Shown: piece after piece, positions 17,846-28,536 of the stretch
Layout of the letters: each line of letters opens with the position of its first letter
Numbering within the stretch: position 1 is the stretch's first letter
Source of the DNA: a virus
Strand: one strand, 5' to 3'
Virus genome (UHGV): UHGV-1364951
DNA: 46,583 nucleotides
Notes under the pieces: model-generated
What the model saw: the letters and a program-made list of their open reading frames with translations, nothing else
Told to the model about the DNA's origin: nothing
The model's database searches: none
Program-made: the position numbers and the translations under genes

Positions 17846-20273
17846 TGTTCCTGCTGGCACTAATCTGTGGAGATGGCTGGAGAATTCCGGTCTTCCATCT
17901 GACATCAGGATTGCACTGAATGGCCGCATTTTTGGCCCTGATGATGAATTGTCGATATCGTTAAAGCAAAACGATATTGTTAACATTTACTGTCAGCCTC
18001 GCGGCGCCATTGGCGACCTTATCAGCACGATACTCAAGCCTGTAACTAAGGTTCTTTCTTTTCTGCTGCCAAAAGCATCAACGCCATCAACCAGCACTGG
18101 CACGACGGTTGAATCACCCAATAACAGCCTGAAATCGCAAACCAATATTGCGCGAAATGGAGAGGCAAGACCTGACAACTTCGGTCAGATAAGGGCGTTC
18201 CCTGACCTGATTCAGGAATCGCTTTTTGAATACATTGACGATCTGAAGTACGTCACTGAGTTCATGAACTTTGGCCTTGGGAAATACACCATTTCATCGG
18301 TTCGCTATGCGGAAACTAATCTTGGTTCTCTACCCGGCGCTACTCATGTCATTTACAATCCTGGTGACGTGATTGGACAAATCATTGAGCCTTACCAGTT
18401 CGACGGTCTTGATGGTCAGGAGGTTCCAGGACTGAACGAATCAGAAGATACCCCGATAGAGACAGCGACCACGACATCTGTTACCAGTGGTGATTATGCT
18501 GGCGGACAGTTGTTGATGGTCATACCAAAAAACACTGATTTCGATTACTTTATGGGTTTGTCTTTGCCTCACTCAGTGTCATTAACAATAAATATTACCT
18601 ACAACTCGACATCCGGGCCAGTTACTGAAAACATTCAGCTTAGTGGCAACATCATTTCAGCTGAGGAAACTGAGACAGGCGTCATTCCTGATATTCAGTA
18701 TTTCTATAATTTCACCTTCAATAACCTGACCGGCGCAAATCTTGGCAACCTGACAGGCGCAACCATCAACAATACTTATTTCCAGATTGTGGATAATGAG
18801 GCGCTTGTTGTTGGTCCATATGTTGGAGCCGTGGAATCGACGCAGGTATGGGTTCACGTTCAATCGGAGCTTGGGCCTACCAGTGGCACGGCAGATTATC
18901 TGATCAAGGTATGGGCGGTTGATGATAATGGGGATGCCATTCCAGGAACCGAGGAGCAGCTCACAGACAGTATTGACAACCCATTTAATCAGACAACAAA
19001 AACCTATTATCGCACGTATAAGTTAACCCCTGCTTATGGGCTGGCTAAGTATGCCATCAGCATTGAAAGGACAAACAATTCAAACTCTGGCAACCGCGTA
19101 ACGTTGCAGGCGGCGCACGCTATCAACATCCGCGAGAATGTGGTTTATCCTGATGACACCCTTGTTAAAGTGACAGTGAAGGCCACGCTTCAGCCCACAT
19201 CAGTTACTGAGCGTAAATATAACGCGCTGATCACCCGCTGGACTATTGGATACAACAGAACCACCGGGACAGTCGACTATACGTTAACGCCATCAAGAAG
19301 TTTTGCAGATTCAGTGCTGCATAACTGGCTTATTACTGCTGGTCGGCCTGAAAGCACCATTGACGTGGGAAGGCTCTATGAAATAGCTGATGCGTTGCCT
19401 GATGAGCGTCTTGGGTATTTTGATTACACATTTGATGATGAGGATAAATCGATCGGTGAACGAATTCAGACCATCTGTGATGCAGCTCGCGTAACGGTGT
19501 TTTGGGATGATGGTGTTTTATCTTTTTCAAGAGATGAGCAAAAATCAACTCCTGAAACCGTGTTCAATACCAGAAATACGAAAGCTGATGGCTATAAAAT
19601 GTCTTATGACATGACTTTGCCGGGGTCATATGATGGCGTAAGCATTCAGTACCGCGACCCAAACACCAACAAACAGGCTTACGTTTATTATAAAGTTGGG
19701 ACATCTGGTATTGAACCAGGAGAGCCGACTAAGCCGAAAAAATTCGACATGCTATATGTTAGAAACCTGTATCAGGCAACAGACCGGGCCATGCTCGAGT
19801 GCAATCGTCTGATGTACTCACGCCGAGGGATGGAGATAAAGGCGCTTGCCGATGGCGAGTGGGTGAACGTTGGCGATATGATTTCTGTTGTCGACATTTA
19901 TGATTCTGTACAGCAGACTGGTGTTATCCGATCAAGGTCTGGAAACGTATTTACCACCAGTGAACAGCTCACGGTGGGAAGCGGCCTGTTTGTGGTTATC
20001 ACCGGCGCCAATGGGAATGTGTCAGAGCGTCTCGCTTGTACCGTTACTGGATTGAATACATTCGAGTGCGCATTACCATCTGACTTCGAGTTAAACATTT
20101 TTGATGGTGTTAATGTTCAGTCAGAATCAAGATATGCCATCTCAACAGAGGTTGAGCTTGACTCAACTTTATGGACAGTCAGCCAGAAAACTCCAGGTAC
20201 AGATGGCACAGTGTCGCTGACTGTAACCGAGTACAACGATGCCATGTACGCCTACACCAACCCTGTTGCGTGA
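17793..20273 (+). CDS. tail tip protein: gpI-like N-terminal domain fused to gpJ-like central tail-tip body
   Basis: 826 aa; the N-terminus (…[14 protein letters not shown]…[10 protein letters not shown]…) resembles lambda I; the remainder is a large beta-rich tip protein with an internal [13 protein letters not shown] duplication. Confidence 0.5.
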   Translation: MPVIHIQKMPGVPKETGNVPAGTNLWRWLENSGLPSDIRIALNGRIFGPDDELSISLKQNDIVNIYCQPRGAIGDLISTILKPVTKVLSFLLPKASTPSTSTGTTVESPNNSLKSQTNIARNGEARPDNFGQIRAFPDLIQESLFEYIDDLKYVTEFMNFGLGKYTISSVRYAETNLGSLPGATHVIYNPGDVIGQIIEPYQFDGLDGQEVPGLNESEDTPIETATTTSVTSGDYAGGQLLMVIPKNTDFDYFMGLSLPHSVSLTINITYNSTSGPVTENIQLSGNIISAEETETGVIPDIQYFYNFTFNNLTGANLGNLTGATINNTYFQIVDNEALVVGPYVGAVESTQVWVHVQSELGPTSGTADYLIKVWAVDDNGDAIPGTEEQLTDSIDNPFNQTTKTYYRTYKLTPAYGLAKYAISIERTNNSNSGNRVTLQAAHAINIRENVVYPDDTLVKVTVKATLQPTSVTERKYNALITRWTIGYNRTTGTVDYTLTPSRSFADSVLHNWLITAGRPESTIDVGRLYEIADALPDERLGYFDYTFDDEDKSIGERIQTICDAARVTVFWDDGVLSFSRDEQKSTPETVFNTRNTKADGYKMSYDMTLPGSYDGVSIQYRDPNTNKQAYVYYKVGTSGIEPGEPTKPKKFDMLYVRNLYQATDRAMLECNRLMYSRRGMEIKALADGEWVNVGDMISVVDIYDSVQQTGVIRSRSGNVFTTSEQLTVGSGLFVVITGANGNVSERLACTVTGLNTFECALPSDFELNIFDGVNVQSESRYAISTEVELDSTLWTVSQKTPGTDGTVSLTVTEYNDAMYAYTNPVA

Positions 20274-20302
20274 TACAATAGGGCAATTAATGATTACGGA
20301 GA

Positions 20303-22468
20303 TTGCAGCCGATGGCTACTACCCCAACTAACAAGCCAATCCCTTCTGAAGACCCGCGTGACCTGAAGTTTAACGCCGGGAAGATTGATGAAGAGGTTAA
20401 CGGAAGTTCTGATTACTACACCGACCGATTCGTCGTGCAGCGGCTGACGAATACCGGCAGGAATAACCAGTTTCAGACAGCACAAGATGAGCGTGAGGCA
20501 GAATTTGTTGCGTCACAGGAAAATAAAGAATTGCGCTTTCAGCAGTTCCTCTTAAATTCAGGCTATCAATTTTTAGGTGATTATGAAAACGGCCCGTATA
20601 CAATTGATGCCATTAACCAGGTGATTCGCTATCAAGGTGAATTCTGGCGCTTAAACGCATCAACAATGCCACCATATACAACCACAGGGGTTAACAGCGC
20701 CTCTTGGGCAGTAGATGTGACTCATCTTGTAAGCGTTGGTGATGCAAAATTAAGACAGGATTTAATTTCAACTACCTTGCCTGGTTTATCATTAGTCGGT
20801 CTTTCTGGCAATGGTAATTTAAACCATCTGCTAGGTAATCATACCTCTCCTGAGGCGTGGGGAGTGGTACCAAATTCAGAAGCATCAGCTCATGCAAACT
20901 CTAGAAAGATGTTTGACATGTTTGAAAGTTTAAGATCGAAAGGCGGCGGTGTCGTATTCTTTACTCCTGGTAGAACATACTGGATTGACTTTATTCAGTT
21001 CGTACCAAGTAACGTTGTTATAATTGGCTACGGCGCTACAGTAAAGCAAATAAACCCTTTATCAATGTATGGACGCGGTGGTTTTGTGTTTGGTAGCAGC
21101 AGGGAATGGAACTATCAAAAAGCTAAAACGGCATATCTTGCAAACTCCTACCCTGCATCTGTATCTGATTCATCAATGCCTGAGTTGGCTTTAGGTTCAT
21201 ATTTAAGGGATAACCAATCATATTTACAGTGTGAAAGATGTACTGTGTATGGTTTGCGTATGGAAACAAAATTTACAGATTCTACATATTGGGGTGGTTA
21301 TGCATTTAATACAGTAAACGCGCAACACATCAGATTTTACGATGTTAAAGGAAGTGGTTGGACACAGCTATTCAATTTCGGTAATGATAGTTCCGCATCA
21401 TCACCATCTTGTGATGATGTATATGCATTCAACTCAACAGTAGAAAGCGCAGATCTTGTTCGTTCTTACTATGCGATTGGTTTTATAGCCAACTCTACAA
21501 ACTGTGGCTTTGATACAGCGGTTCTTCTAAAACCAATGACAGTTGATAGTATTAATGGATCTGGTGCAGCAACAAACTACACTGAAAACTGCGTAATCAG
21601 AAATATAAACATACCAGATTTAGGGTTAACTTCATCATCTGAAGGCGTTTTATTAAATAACTCTAAAGGTTGTTTAATAGAAAATATTGATATCAGGAAT
21701 TGTAAAAACGTAGTTAGTACATACTATACCGTCGATTCATACAATGACACTGCAAAACCTAATATTTTAAGGAATATTAGCGGTCAAGGCGTTAACATTA
21801 TAGCAATCAGGGCTAAATATGCACACATTGAATCATTTGAAGGAGTAGGTACATACACGAATGAAGTTCAATTTGCAAACAACAATGCATCAGGAAATAC
21901 TATAAATAAAAAACCAAAATCAATTGGTTTTGGTGGGACTAACTTACAGTCATGGTTTTTAACAAATAATACGGTAAAAGGATGGTCGCGAAAATATTTT
22001 TATATTCGGCCATCCGAAATTTTGTTGAACGATAAAGTAGACACTTTTTCATGGAATTATAATAAACTTGTCGCAACAAAATCAGGAGTAAATCTTTACT
22101 TTATGTGGCGAGTTCCTGACGATATCAATGCAATTGATGATATTCGCGCTTTTATTAGATTTAACACTGCCGTAGATCAAGATGCTTCTGTTGCTGGATC
22201 TACAGTAGAGGCAAGTTTGATACAAATGGTCGCTTTCGATGGTAACATTGGTGAAACACCATATGTTGCTTTTTCAAACAGCAAGGTTGCAACAGCGGGT
22301 GTAGAAGACACAACGGTAGTAACGCAAATGGGTAGCAATGTACCAGGTTTGGTTTATATGGATGATAATACACATGGTTTATCCTATAGCTGGTATGTGC
22401 TGTTTAAAATGACAAATAATGTCAACAATAACTACATGAAAGAAATCAGAGTAGCGGGGTATAACTAA
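20303..22468 (+). CDS. tail fibre / tailspike (receptor-binding protein), beta-helix-like C-terminal region
   Basis: 721 aa; the N-terminal ~130 aa are of normal GC, then an abrupt shift to AT-rich sequence; repetitive N/G/S/T-rich segments consistent with a parallel beta-helix. Confidence 0.55.
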   Translation: MQPMATTPTNKPIPSEDPRDLKFNAGKIDEEVNGSSDYYTDRFVVQRLTNTGRNNQFQTAQDEREAEFVASQENKELRFQQFLLNSGYQFLGDYENGPYTIDAINQVIRYQGEFWRLNASTMPPYTTTGVNSASWAVDVTHLVSVGDAKLRQDLISTTLPGLSLVGLSGNGNLNHLLGNHTSPEAWGVVPNSEASAHANSRKMFDMFESLRSKGGGVVFFTPGRTYWIDFIQFVPSNVVIIGYGATVKQINPLSMYGRGGFVFGSSREWNYQKAKTAYLANSYPASVSDSSMPELALGSYLRDNQSYLQCERCTVYGLRMETKFTDSTYWGGYAFNTVNAQHIRFYDVKGSGWTQLFNFGNDSSASSPSCDDVYAFNSTVESADLVRSYYAIGFIANSTNCGFDTAVLLKPMTVDSINGSGAATNYTENCVIRNINIPDLGLTSSSEGVLLNNSKGCLIENIDIRNCKNVVSTYYTVDSYNDTAKPNILRNISGQGVNIIAIRAKYAHIESFEGVGTYTNEVQFANNNASGNTINKKPKSIGFGGTNLQSWFLTNNTVKGWSRKYFYIRPSEILLNDKVDTFSWNYNKLVATKSGVNLYFMWRVPDDINAIDDIRAFIRFNTAVDQDASVAGSTVEASLIQMVAFDGNIGETPYVAFSNSKVATAGVEDTTVVTQMGSNVPGLVYMDDNTHGLSYSWYVLFKMTNNVNNNYMKEIRVAGYN

Positions 22469-22737
22469 TGACCGGTTCAGAATCAAGAAAAGCACAAGAT
22501 CTCTTTTTTGGTATTATTGATTATTACGCTAATCTTTCAGGTACAGACATAACTGAAGATCAGTTGAAACAACGCGATGAAATAATAAAAAGTGGATCTA
22601 TAGAATGTGATGATTCTTTAGATAGTGAAATCTTAGAATTGCAAGATCAATTTCTTGCAAAAAAAGAAAGTAACATCATAAATAAAGATCAAATAGCGAT
22701 AGTTGAAAAAGCACTACCGCTATTAAAAAAATCTTAA
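22468..22737 (+). CDS. hypothetical acidic protein (89 aa), possible fibre assembly/accessory factor
   Basis: ATGA-coupled to the fibre gene; AT-rich like the fibre 3' region. Confidence 0.35.
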   Translation: MTGSESRKAQDLFFGIIDYYANLSGTDITEDQLKQRDEIIKSGSIECDDSLDSEILELQDQFLAKKESNIINKDQIAIVEKALPLLKKS

Positions 22738-22752
22738 TTATCATACTGGTAG

Positions 22753-22790
22753 TAACGTGCATCTCATTTGATGCACGTTATATTTATTTA
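22753..22790. terminator. bidirectional terminator hairpin
   Basis: aacgtgcatc-tcatttg-atgcacgtt plus T-rich tail, between convergent genes. Confidence 0.5.
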
Positions 22791-22796
22791 AATCAC

Positions 22797-23300
22797 TCAG
22801 AATGGGATATCATCATCAAAATCCATCGGCGGCTCGTTTGCCGGTGGTTTTGACGTGTTTGATGGTTGCTGGGGTTTGCCCCATCCTGATTGCTGATTAT
22901 TTCCTGACTGTTGCCGTTGCTGTGATTGTTGGTTTCCATTATCACTTGATTTACCACCAATCATTTGCATAACGCCGTTCATAGGCTGCAAGACGATTTC
23001 AGTAGTGTATTTTTCAACACCGCTTTGATCTGTCCATTTGCGAGTGCGTAATTTACCTTCTACATACACCTGAGATCCTTTGCGCAGGTATTCTCCAGCT
23101 ACCTCTGCCAGCTTTCCGAAGATAACCACGCGATGCCATTCAGTTTGCTCTTTCTTTTCACCTGTGGCCTTGTCATTCCACTGTTCTGATGTTGCCAGAG
23201 ACAGATTGCACACAGCGCCGCCAGATGGCATATATTTAACTTCCGGTTCTTGTCCGAGAGTTCCCAAAATGATTACTTTGTTGATTCCGCGAGATGCCAT
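22797..23300 (-). CDS. ssb: single-stranded DNA-binding protein
   Basis: OB-fold N-terminus ([30 protein letters not shown]…), Gly/Gln-rich linker, C-terminal DDDIPF tail. Confidence 0.85.
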   Translation of the reverse strand: MASRGINKVIILGTLGQEPEVKYMPSGGAVCNLSLATSEQWNDKATGEKKEQTEWHRVVIFGKLAEVAGEYLRKGSQVYVEGKLRTRKWTDQSGVEKYTTEIVLQPMNGVMQMIGGKSSDNGNQQSQQRQQSGNNQQSGWGKPQQPSNTSKPPANEPPMDFDDDIPF

Positions 23301-23309
23301 AATTTACCC

Positions 23310-24350
23310 TTAAAAGTTTTCGATGTTCTGTTGAGATGTTGATGGCTTCTCTTCGTTTGCAGATGACGCAGGCGCATCTGCTTTCTGGAGTTTTGCCGGA
23401 TTAAAATCGTCCTGCGGTGTTATAGTTACCGCTGCTGGCGATTCATCATTAATGAATGATTCAATGCGCTCATACTCTTCTGCTGATGCCTTCAATGTAG
23501 GCCAGATTGCGCGAATTTTTGCTTTCACTGAATCAGGCAAGTTAACTGCCTCGGCAGTTAACGCAGCAACGCCTTTTGACGCCGTCATTTGAAGTTTAGA
23601 GCGCCAGTGCTCAAACTCTTCGTCGACCTTGACACCTGAATCTACCCATTTAATTAAACCACGACCATGAGCCTCGCCTAAGTATCCTTCGTGCACACTA
23701 TCACGGCCTGAATCAAAGAAAATTGGACGCAACTCTTCTGGTAGCTTGGTAAATTCCTGAATTTTCCCATTATCATACATCATCATGCTTACTGTCATTT
23801 CAAACATAAAATCTTTTTCGCATACAGCATGCAATCCGAGGGATTCAGGTTTCTTGGGGTTTTTAAAGCTCGTTTTCTCTCTGGCGCGTAAACATACAAT
23901 GATATGCATATTGCTCTGCAAAAGAGCGCTCATAAATTTTTTATGTTCAGACTTGGCTCGTTTCCAGTCTGCCATTGCCTTACCCTGCAATAGTGGTTGC
24001 TCTGCAATATCATTGCATCCGCCTTCACCTTCCCATTCGTGCGATCCTGAATCAATAACCAGAACCTTAACGCCAGCCTCCTGAAATTCCTCGATAGCCT
24101 GGCGGTAACGGGCAGGGCTAAATGGCGCATACAGATCAGCGTGCATAAATGGACCGTCAAGCTCTCCAGAATAAAGCCTTCCGCGACCATTTTCAGAGTC
24201 AAGAAATCCAATTTCTTCTGGTTTATCGACCATACCTCGCGCCATCTTTAGTGCCGTAAGTGTCTTACCGCTACCAGACTGACCTGAAATGCCAATCACT
24301 ACACGAGAACCAGAGCGCTCTGCTGGCTTAATGTTTAAAATACCCATCAC
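23310..24350 (-). CDS. RecA-like AAA ATPase (AAA_24/Sak4-like) with C-terminal extension
   Basis: Walker A GISGQSGSGKT; Walker B VLVIDSGS. Confidence 0.5.
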   Translation of the reverse strand: MMGILNIKPAERSGSRVVIGISGQSGSGKTLTALKMARGMVDKPEEIGFLDSENGRGRLYSGELDGPFMHADLYAPFSPARYRQAIEEFQEAGVKVLVIDSGSHEWEGEGGCNDIAEQPLLQGKAMADWKRAKSEHKKFMSALLQSNMHIIVCLRAREKTSFKNPKKPESLGLHAVCEKDFMFEMTVSMMMYDNGKIQEFTKLPEELRPIFFDSGRDSVHEGYLGEAHGRGLIKWVDSGVKVDEEFEHWRSKLQMTASKGVAALTAEAVNLPDSVKAKIRAIWPTLKASAEEYERIESFINDESPAAVTITPQDDFNPAKLQKADAPASSANEEKPSTSQQNIENF

Positions 24351-24370
24351 TTCACCTCATTTACTATAAA

Positions 24371-25327
24371 TTACAGGTTAAATTGCTTTTTGAACCATTC
24401 TGGCGTTTCCATTTCGATGACCGGATTACCCATTGAGTAACCTGGCCATGAATTTGCTTTTTTGCATGCCTTATAGATTTCCATCGCGCTGCGCAGTTGA
24501 ATGCGACCAATGCGTAACTGCTCATCCGTAAGACGAATCAGCGCAGGGATGAATGGCGATTTTTTTTCCTGCACCAGAAGATTTACCGAGCGCGGAGCAT
24601 GCCCATAAGCCTCTACAAACATGTCGTGCTGCATTGCCATTTTCATAAAGTACCCGAGCCGCGCTGCATGGCGGAAAAACTCATCAGGCTTGGCGCTAAC
24701 CGCTGTTTTGTAGTCAATAATGTCGCCACCGCGAGTAAGACAGTCAAAGCGTACCTTTGATGGTTCGCCAAGCAACTGACCGAGAATTGACACCTCGGAA
24801 TAAGCACCAGAAAGCAGGCTGCTGTAATAGCTGTTTGCATGTATTACGGCGCGCATCTGCATGATAGCGTCATAATCAGTTCCTTCAAGCATATGCTTAC
24901 CAGTAGCGGACTTCTCTGCCTCTTCTCGGATAACATCGTAAATCTGCACTGGCTCGCCAGTGGCCTGAATAATTTTAATCACATCAGCTTTCGACTTCCC
25001 TGAAAGGCCTTTGATGCCGCGCTCTTTTGCCCATGAGTTCATGTCGGAAGCAGTTACAAGCACCGTGCGATTGCCATCTTTATCTTTTAGAAAATCTTCG
25101 ACAACTGGCATGCGGGCATACTCTGCTTCGAATCGCTCAGGCTCCAGCAGTGCAGTATGGCTACCTGTTCCGAAGACAAGAGCCTTTGATTGCTCGTCTT
25201 CTTCGTCTTTATAGCGCCATGCTGCCGGACAGCGGTCGTAGATGTTCCACAGACCAGAGCCGTTGATGTGCTCGGTGTCAGCGTGGTACTGCTCATTGCT
25301 GAGTTCGTTGTTTAAATAAACTTTCAT
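24371..25327 (-). CDS. PD-(D/E)XK-family exonuclease (RecB/Cas4-like)
   Basis: 318 aa; motif …RFDCLTRGGDIIDYKT… (D…D.K). Confidence 0.45.
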   Translation of the reverse strand: MKVYLNNELSNEQYHADTEHINGSGLWNIYDRCPAAWRYKDEEDEQSKALVFGTGSHTALLEPERFEAEYARMPVVEDFLKDKDGNRTVLVTASDMNSWAKERGIKGLSGKSKADVIKIIQATGEPVQIYDVIREEAEKSATGKHMLEGTDYDAIMQMRAVIHANSYYSSLLSGAYSEVSILGQLLGEPSKVRFDCLTRGGDIIDYKTAVSAKPDEFFRHAARLGYFMKMAMQHDMFVEAYGHAPRSVNLLVQEKKSPFIPALIRLTDEQLRIGRIQLRSAMEIYKACKKANSWPGYSMGNPVIEMETPEWFKKQFNL

Positions 25328-25371
25328 CCATCACCTCTCTTTATTGTTAAATCAATCTACATCAAACTACG

Positions 25372-25788
25372 TCACTCATCAAGCCCAAAATAGAATAACG
25401 TCGCTCTTTTTAGCTCCTCAAGGCCATAAGCAATGGCACCAAAGTGACCCTCTGCAATGGCGCACTCAAGAACCTCAATCTGTGATGGTGATACCTTTGA
25501 TTTTGCCCTGTCACGCCTCTTCAGCTCAATCAGGCCGCATTTATGATTAATGCCGTGAGTTAGTATCACATTGTCGCTTACTCCGCTCCTGACGCCCATT
25601 TTTCGGCGTTTTTCGATGAATTGCGGCCCGCTCTTTGTTCCAGTTTCGTTAGACACATGAAACCACAGGACTTCAGGAAATCTGTATTGCATCCACAGAC
25701 CATAGGCCATCTGGTCAGATTCCTCCCTTGGACACTCCCCGCGATAACCGCTATCAAATACCCATATTCCACTATCAAGCTGCTTCAA
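25372..25788 (-). CDS. VRR-NUC-like nuclease
   Basis: 138 aa; …HGINHKCGLIELKRRD… matches the VRR-NUC core. Confidence 0.4.
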   Translation of the reverse strand: MKQLDSGIWVFDSGYRGECPREESDQMAYGLWMQYRFPEVLWFHVSNETGTKSGPQFIEKRRKMGVRSGVSDNVILTHGINHKCGLIELKRRDRAKSKVSPSQIEVLECAIAEGHFGAIAYGLEELKRATLFYFGLDE

Positions 25789-27682
25789 TTTGTTCTCCTA
25801 TGAAATCCTTGCGGTGGATGATATCGCGGCCTTTATCGTTAAAGCGATGCGTGATGCGCTTAGGCGCGCGGATTAAACCGGCGTAATGCATGAAAGTCTT
25901 CGCATCATGGCAGTCCATCATTTTCTTCAGCATGGACTTGTCTTCAAGATGCGGAAGCAGAGCCTTCATTTTAAACATGTCACGCAGGTGCTTTGGCTTG
26001 CCTCCGAATGGATAAAATACTTCATTTGCCCAACCTGTCTTGCCATCTGCTTTTACCACCAGGTAACGATAAAGAACCCCCTCAGCGTCTTTTGTCAACT
26101 CGACTTTAAAATCTTGCACATCTGTCCATTCTTTATCGGTATAAGCTCGCTCATTAAGCGCCGCGTTAGGGTCGCGCAAAACGTGATCGCATTGACGGCA
26201 ATAACGAGCTGTAGGGTCGTTCTTTGTGCCGCAACCATCATCAAAAATACGAATGCCGTGCTTGTCGAAACCACAGCGAATGAAGCTGAAAAACTCTTCG
26301 CATCGTCCATCTGGAGACGTTGAGTCTTTACCGATGCAGCGCCGTGCATATGGGCTGTTCATCGTCTGGCATTTAGGGCATGGAACCTGCTCTCCGCTGC
26401 GCTTTGCGCGCTGTGCTTCTGCTTCCTCAAGAATAGGGTCTTCGTACAGACCGCCCAACTCGAACATGGTTCCGGTGAAATCTAATACAAGGTGATCATC
26501 TTTCCTGTAACCTGCTGCAATTTGCTCAGGTTTTAAAAGACGCATACCACGGCCAAGCAACTGAACAAGAAGGGTAAGTGACATTATTTTTCGCAATATA
26601 ACACTCGTGTCCCATAGTGGGATATTCACACCAGTAGTAAGCGCGGCAATCTGCAACACATATTTAATGCGACCTTGGTAAGCATCCTTTAGCGCCTTCT
26701 GTCGAGCCTTGATCCCCATATCTTCAGTGACAATTGCATAAGTGCCATCTGGCAGGTATTTCGCGGCTTCTTGACAGTGTTTTTTACCAGCACACGTTAT
26801 AAGAACCCCGTTGCGATTTGCGGTTAATTCCATAACTTTAAGCATTATTTTTTGCGTGAGAGTACCCTGATCGAGAATCTCTTTTTGCATCTGCTTTAAT
26901 TGCTCAAAAGTAAAATCTTGCACTCCATCTTCATCCGATGAATGAAAGTTAGAGAGGTCATAGTGAAGGTCGTCAGCATCATGCAAGCCAAAGATGGTAG
27001 GAACCAGAAAACCACGATCAACCATGTATTTAGTATCAATGCTAACCACTTCCTTTTTCCAGAATGCGCCCTTGATTGACTCAACGCCACGAAATGGTGA
27101 GCCAGTAAGGCCGATAATTCTCAACTCATGACCATGCGTGTCTTTGCAGCGCTTCATGAAGGTATTTATTATAATTCCGTACTGCGTTGTTGCATCACCT
27201 ACAACATCAGCCCAATCCACCTGGTGACATTCGTCAATGATTAGGTAACGGGGGACAAAATCGCTTAATGGCTGTTTTTTATCATCCGCATCAAAAAGAG
27301 AGTTGACGACCGTTCCCTCTGTACCCATAAGCAACGGATAAGCAGTTGACTTGCGACCAAGCCCAGCGCTAAACAATGAATTTTTAACACCAAAATTCCA
27401 GCACTCCTCAGCATTCTGAGAAATAATTTCAGACTGTCTGGCGAGTACCATTCCTTTATAACCCATGTCTGAAAATCTTCTCGCAATCATCGCGATCATG
27501 ATTGTCTTCCCAGCGCCGACACTGGCTGTTATATAAAAAGGCCCTGCATAATGACGAATTTCCTGAGCTGCCAAGTGGTAGCAAAGAAACTGATAATCAC
27601 GAGGAGTGATTTCTCCTGTGCTTATCGTTGATTGTATTGCTGTGATGTCTATTTCACTTATTAGCTTATCTATCTTGTGCAT
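25775..27682 (-). CDS. SF2 DEAD/DEAH-box DNA helicase with C-terminal Cys-rich region
   Basis: Walker A ASVGAGKT; DECH box IIDECHQV; helicase C-terminal motifs; CPKCQ…CRQC. Confidence 0.65.
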   Translation of the reverse strand: MHKIDKLISEIDITAIQSTISTGEITPRDYQFLCYHLAAQEIRHYAGPFYITASVGAGKTIMIAMIARRFSDMGYKGMVLARQSEIISQNAEECWNFGVKNSLFSAGLGRKSTAYPLLMGTEGTVVNSLFDADDKKQPLSDFVPRYLIIDECHQVDWADVVGDATTQYGIIINTFMKRCKDTHGHELRIIGLTGSPFRGVESIKGAFWKKEVVSIDTKYMVDRGFLVPTIFGLHDADDLHYDLSNFHSSDEDGVQDFTFEQLKQMQKEILDQGTLTQKIMLKVMELTANRNGVLITCAGKKHCQEAAKYLPDGTYAIVTEDMGIKARQKALKDAYQGRIKYVLQIAALTTGVNIPLWDTSVILRKIMSLTLLVQLLGRGMRLLKPEQIAAGYRKDDHLVLDFTGTMFELGGLYEDPILEEAEAQRAKRSGEQVPCPKCQTMNSPYARRCIGKDSTSPDGRCEEFFSFIRCGFDKHGIRIFDDGCGTKNDPTARYCRQCDHVLRDPNAALNERAYTDKEWTDVQDFKVELTKDAEGVLYRYLVVKADGKTGWANEVFYPFGGKPKHLRDMFKMKALLPHLEDKSMLKKMMDCHDAKTFMHYAGLIRAPKRITHRFNDKGRDIIHRKDFIGEQIEAA

Positions 27683-27690
27683 TTAATCAC

Positions 27691-28464
27691 CTATGGCATG
27701 TCAGGCCAGTAAACGTTGCTCTTAGATCTGTTTTCGCTTGGAGTTAACAATTGAAGGTTATGCCAGCAGTGAAGACCGCAAACCAACTTGCTATTTATTG
27801 GAACAATATGGTCAACGTGCATTCCAAGACTGGCTGCCATTTCATAAACCTTCTCTATCAGAACCCTTTCAGATTCGAACCAAGATGGAATTGACCTTCT
27901 TTTTAGATATTTATATTTACGCTGGTGATATCTAACAATATTTTTATTTTCAGCCCTCCAGTGTCTTGATTGCTCATTGTGCTTATCTTTGTTTTCATTG
28001 TAATACTTCTTTGATTTTGCCTTTATCTTGTTCTTATTTGCTGCGTAATTACTTTTCTTGAACTCTGATTGGCACTTCTTACATTCAGGCCTAAGACCAT
28101 CAAGTGATGATTTGTTTTTATTGAAGTTTTCTTCATTTGCATCAAGAACTGAGTTGCATTTAGAGCAGACCTTCCTTCCATCAACAAGATATCTCAGCCT
28201 TTTACCTTTGTTTCCATCGCATGATTTACAATGAGATTTTAAACCAAGCCTCATCTTCTTGTCTGAGTAGAAGTAATCACTTGTTGCAGGAAGCATTAGA
28301 TTGCATCTTGAGCATTTCTTTTTTGTCCCTGTGCTTTCGCAACCTGCACTTTCCTGAGCAACATTTTGCTTTTGCAGTTCCGATAAACTCACTTCCGCAA
28401 ACCTCGCATTTCTTAACGGTGATAGCCATTTCTTACCCTCTATTGTAACGGTTAATTGTTTCAT
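27691..28464 (-). CDS. HNH endonuclease with multiple Cys4 zinc-ribbons (homing-endonuclease-like)
   Basis: C-terminal HNH core (HVDHIVPI…N…NLQLL…N..K); four CxxC pairs; strongly AT-rich compared with the flanking genes. Confidence 0.6.
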   Translation of the reverse strand: MKQLTVTIEGKKWLSPLRNARFAEVSLSELQKQNVAQESAGCESTGTKKKCSRCNLMLPATSDYFYSDKKMRLGLKSHCKSCDGNKGKRLRYLVDGRKVCSKCNSVLDANEENFNKNKSSLDGLRPECKKCQSEFKKSNYAANKNKIKAKSKKYYNENKDKHNEQSRHWRAENKNIVRYHQRKYKYLKRRSIPSWFESERVLIEKVYEMAASLGMHVDHIVPINSKLVCGLHCWHNLQLLTPSENRSKSNVYWPDMP

Positions 28465-28536
28465 TGCAAGTAACGATTGATTGTTTCTTGTGTAAAGATT
28501 ACAATGAATCTACATCATAGTCAACTGGAAGAAATT

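Noticed and set aside
18700-18800. Direct nucleotide repeat aacctgaccggcgcaaatcttggc / aacctgacaggcgcaacc in the tip-protein gene
   Set aside because: It reflects an in-frame peptide duplication ([13 protein letters not shown]) inside a coding region and is not a regulatory or mobile repeat.
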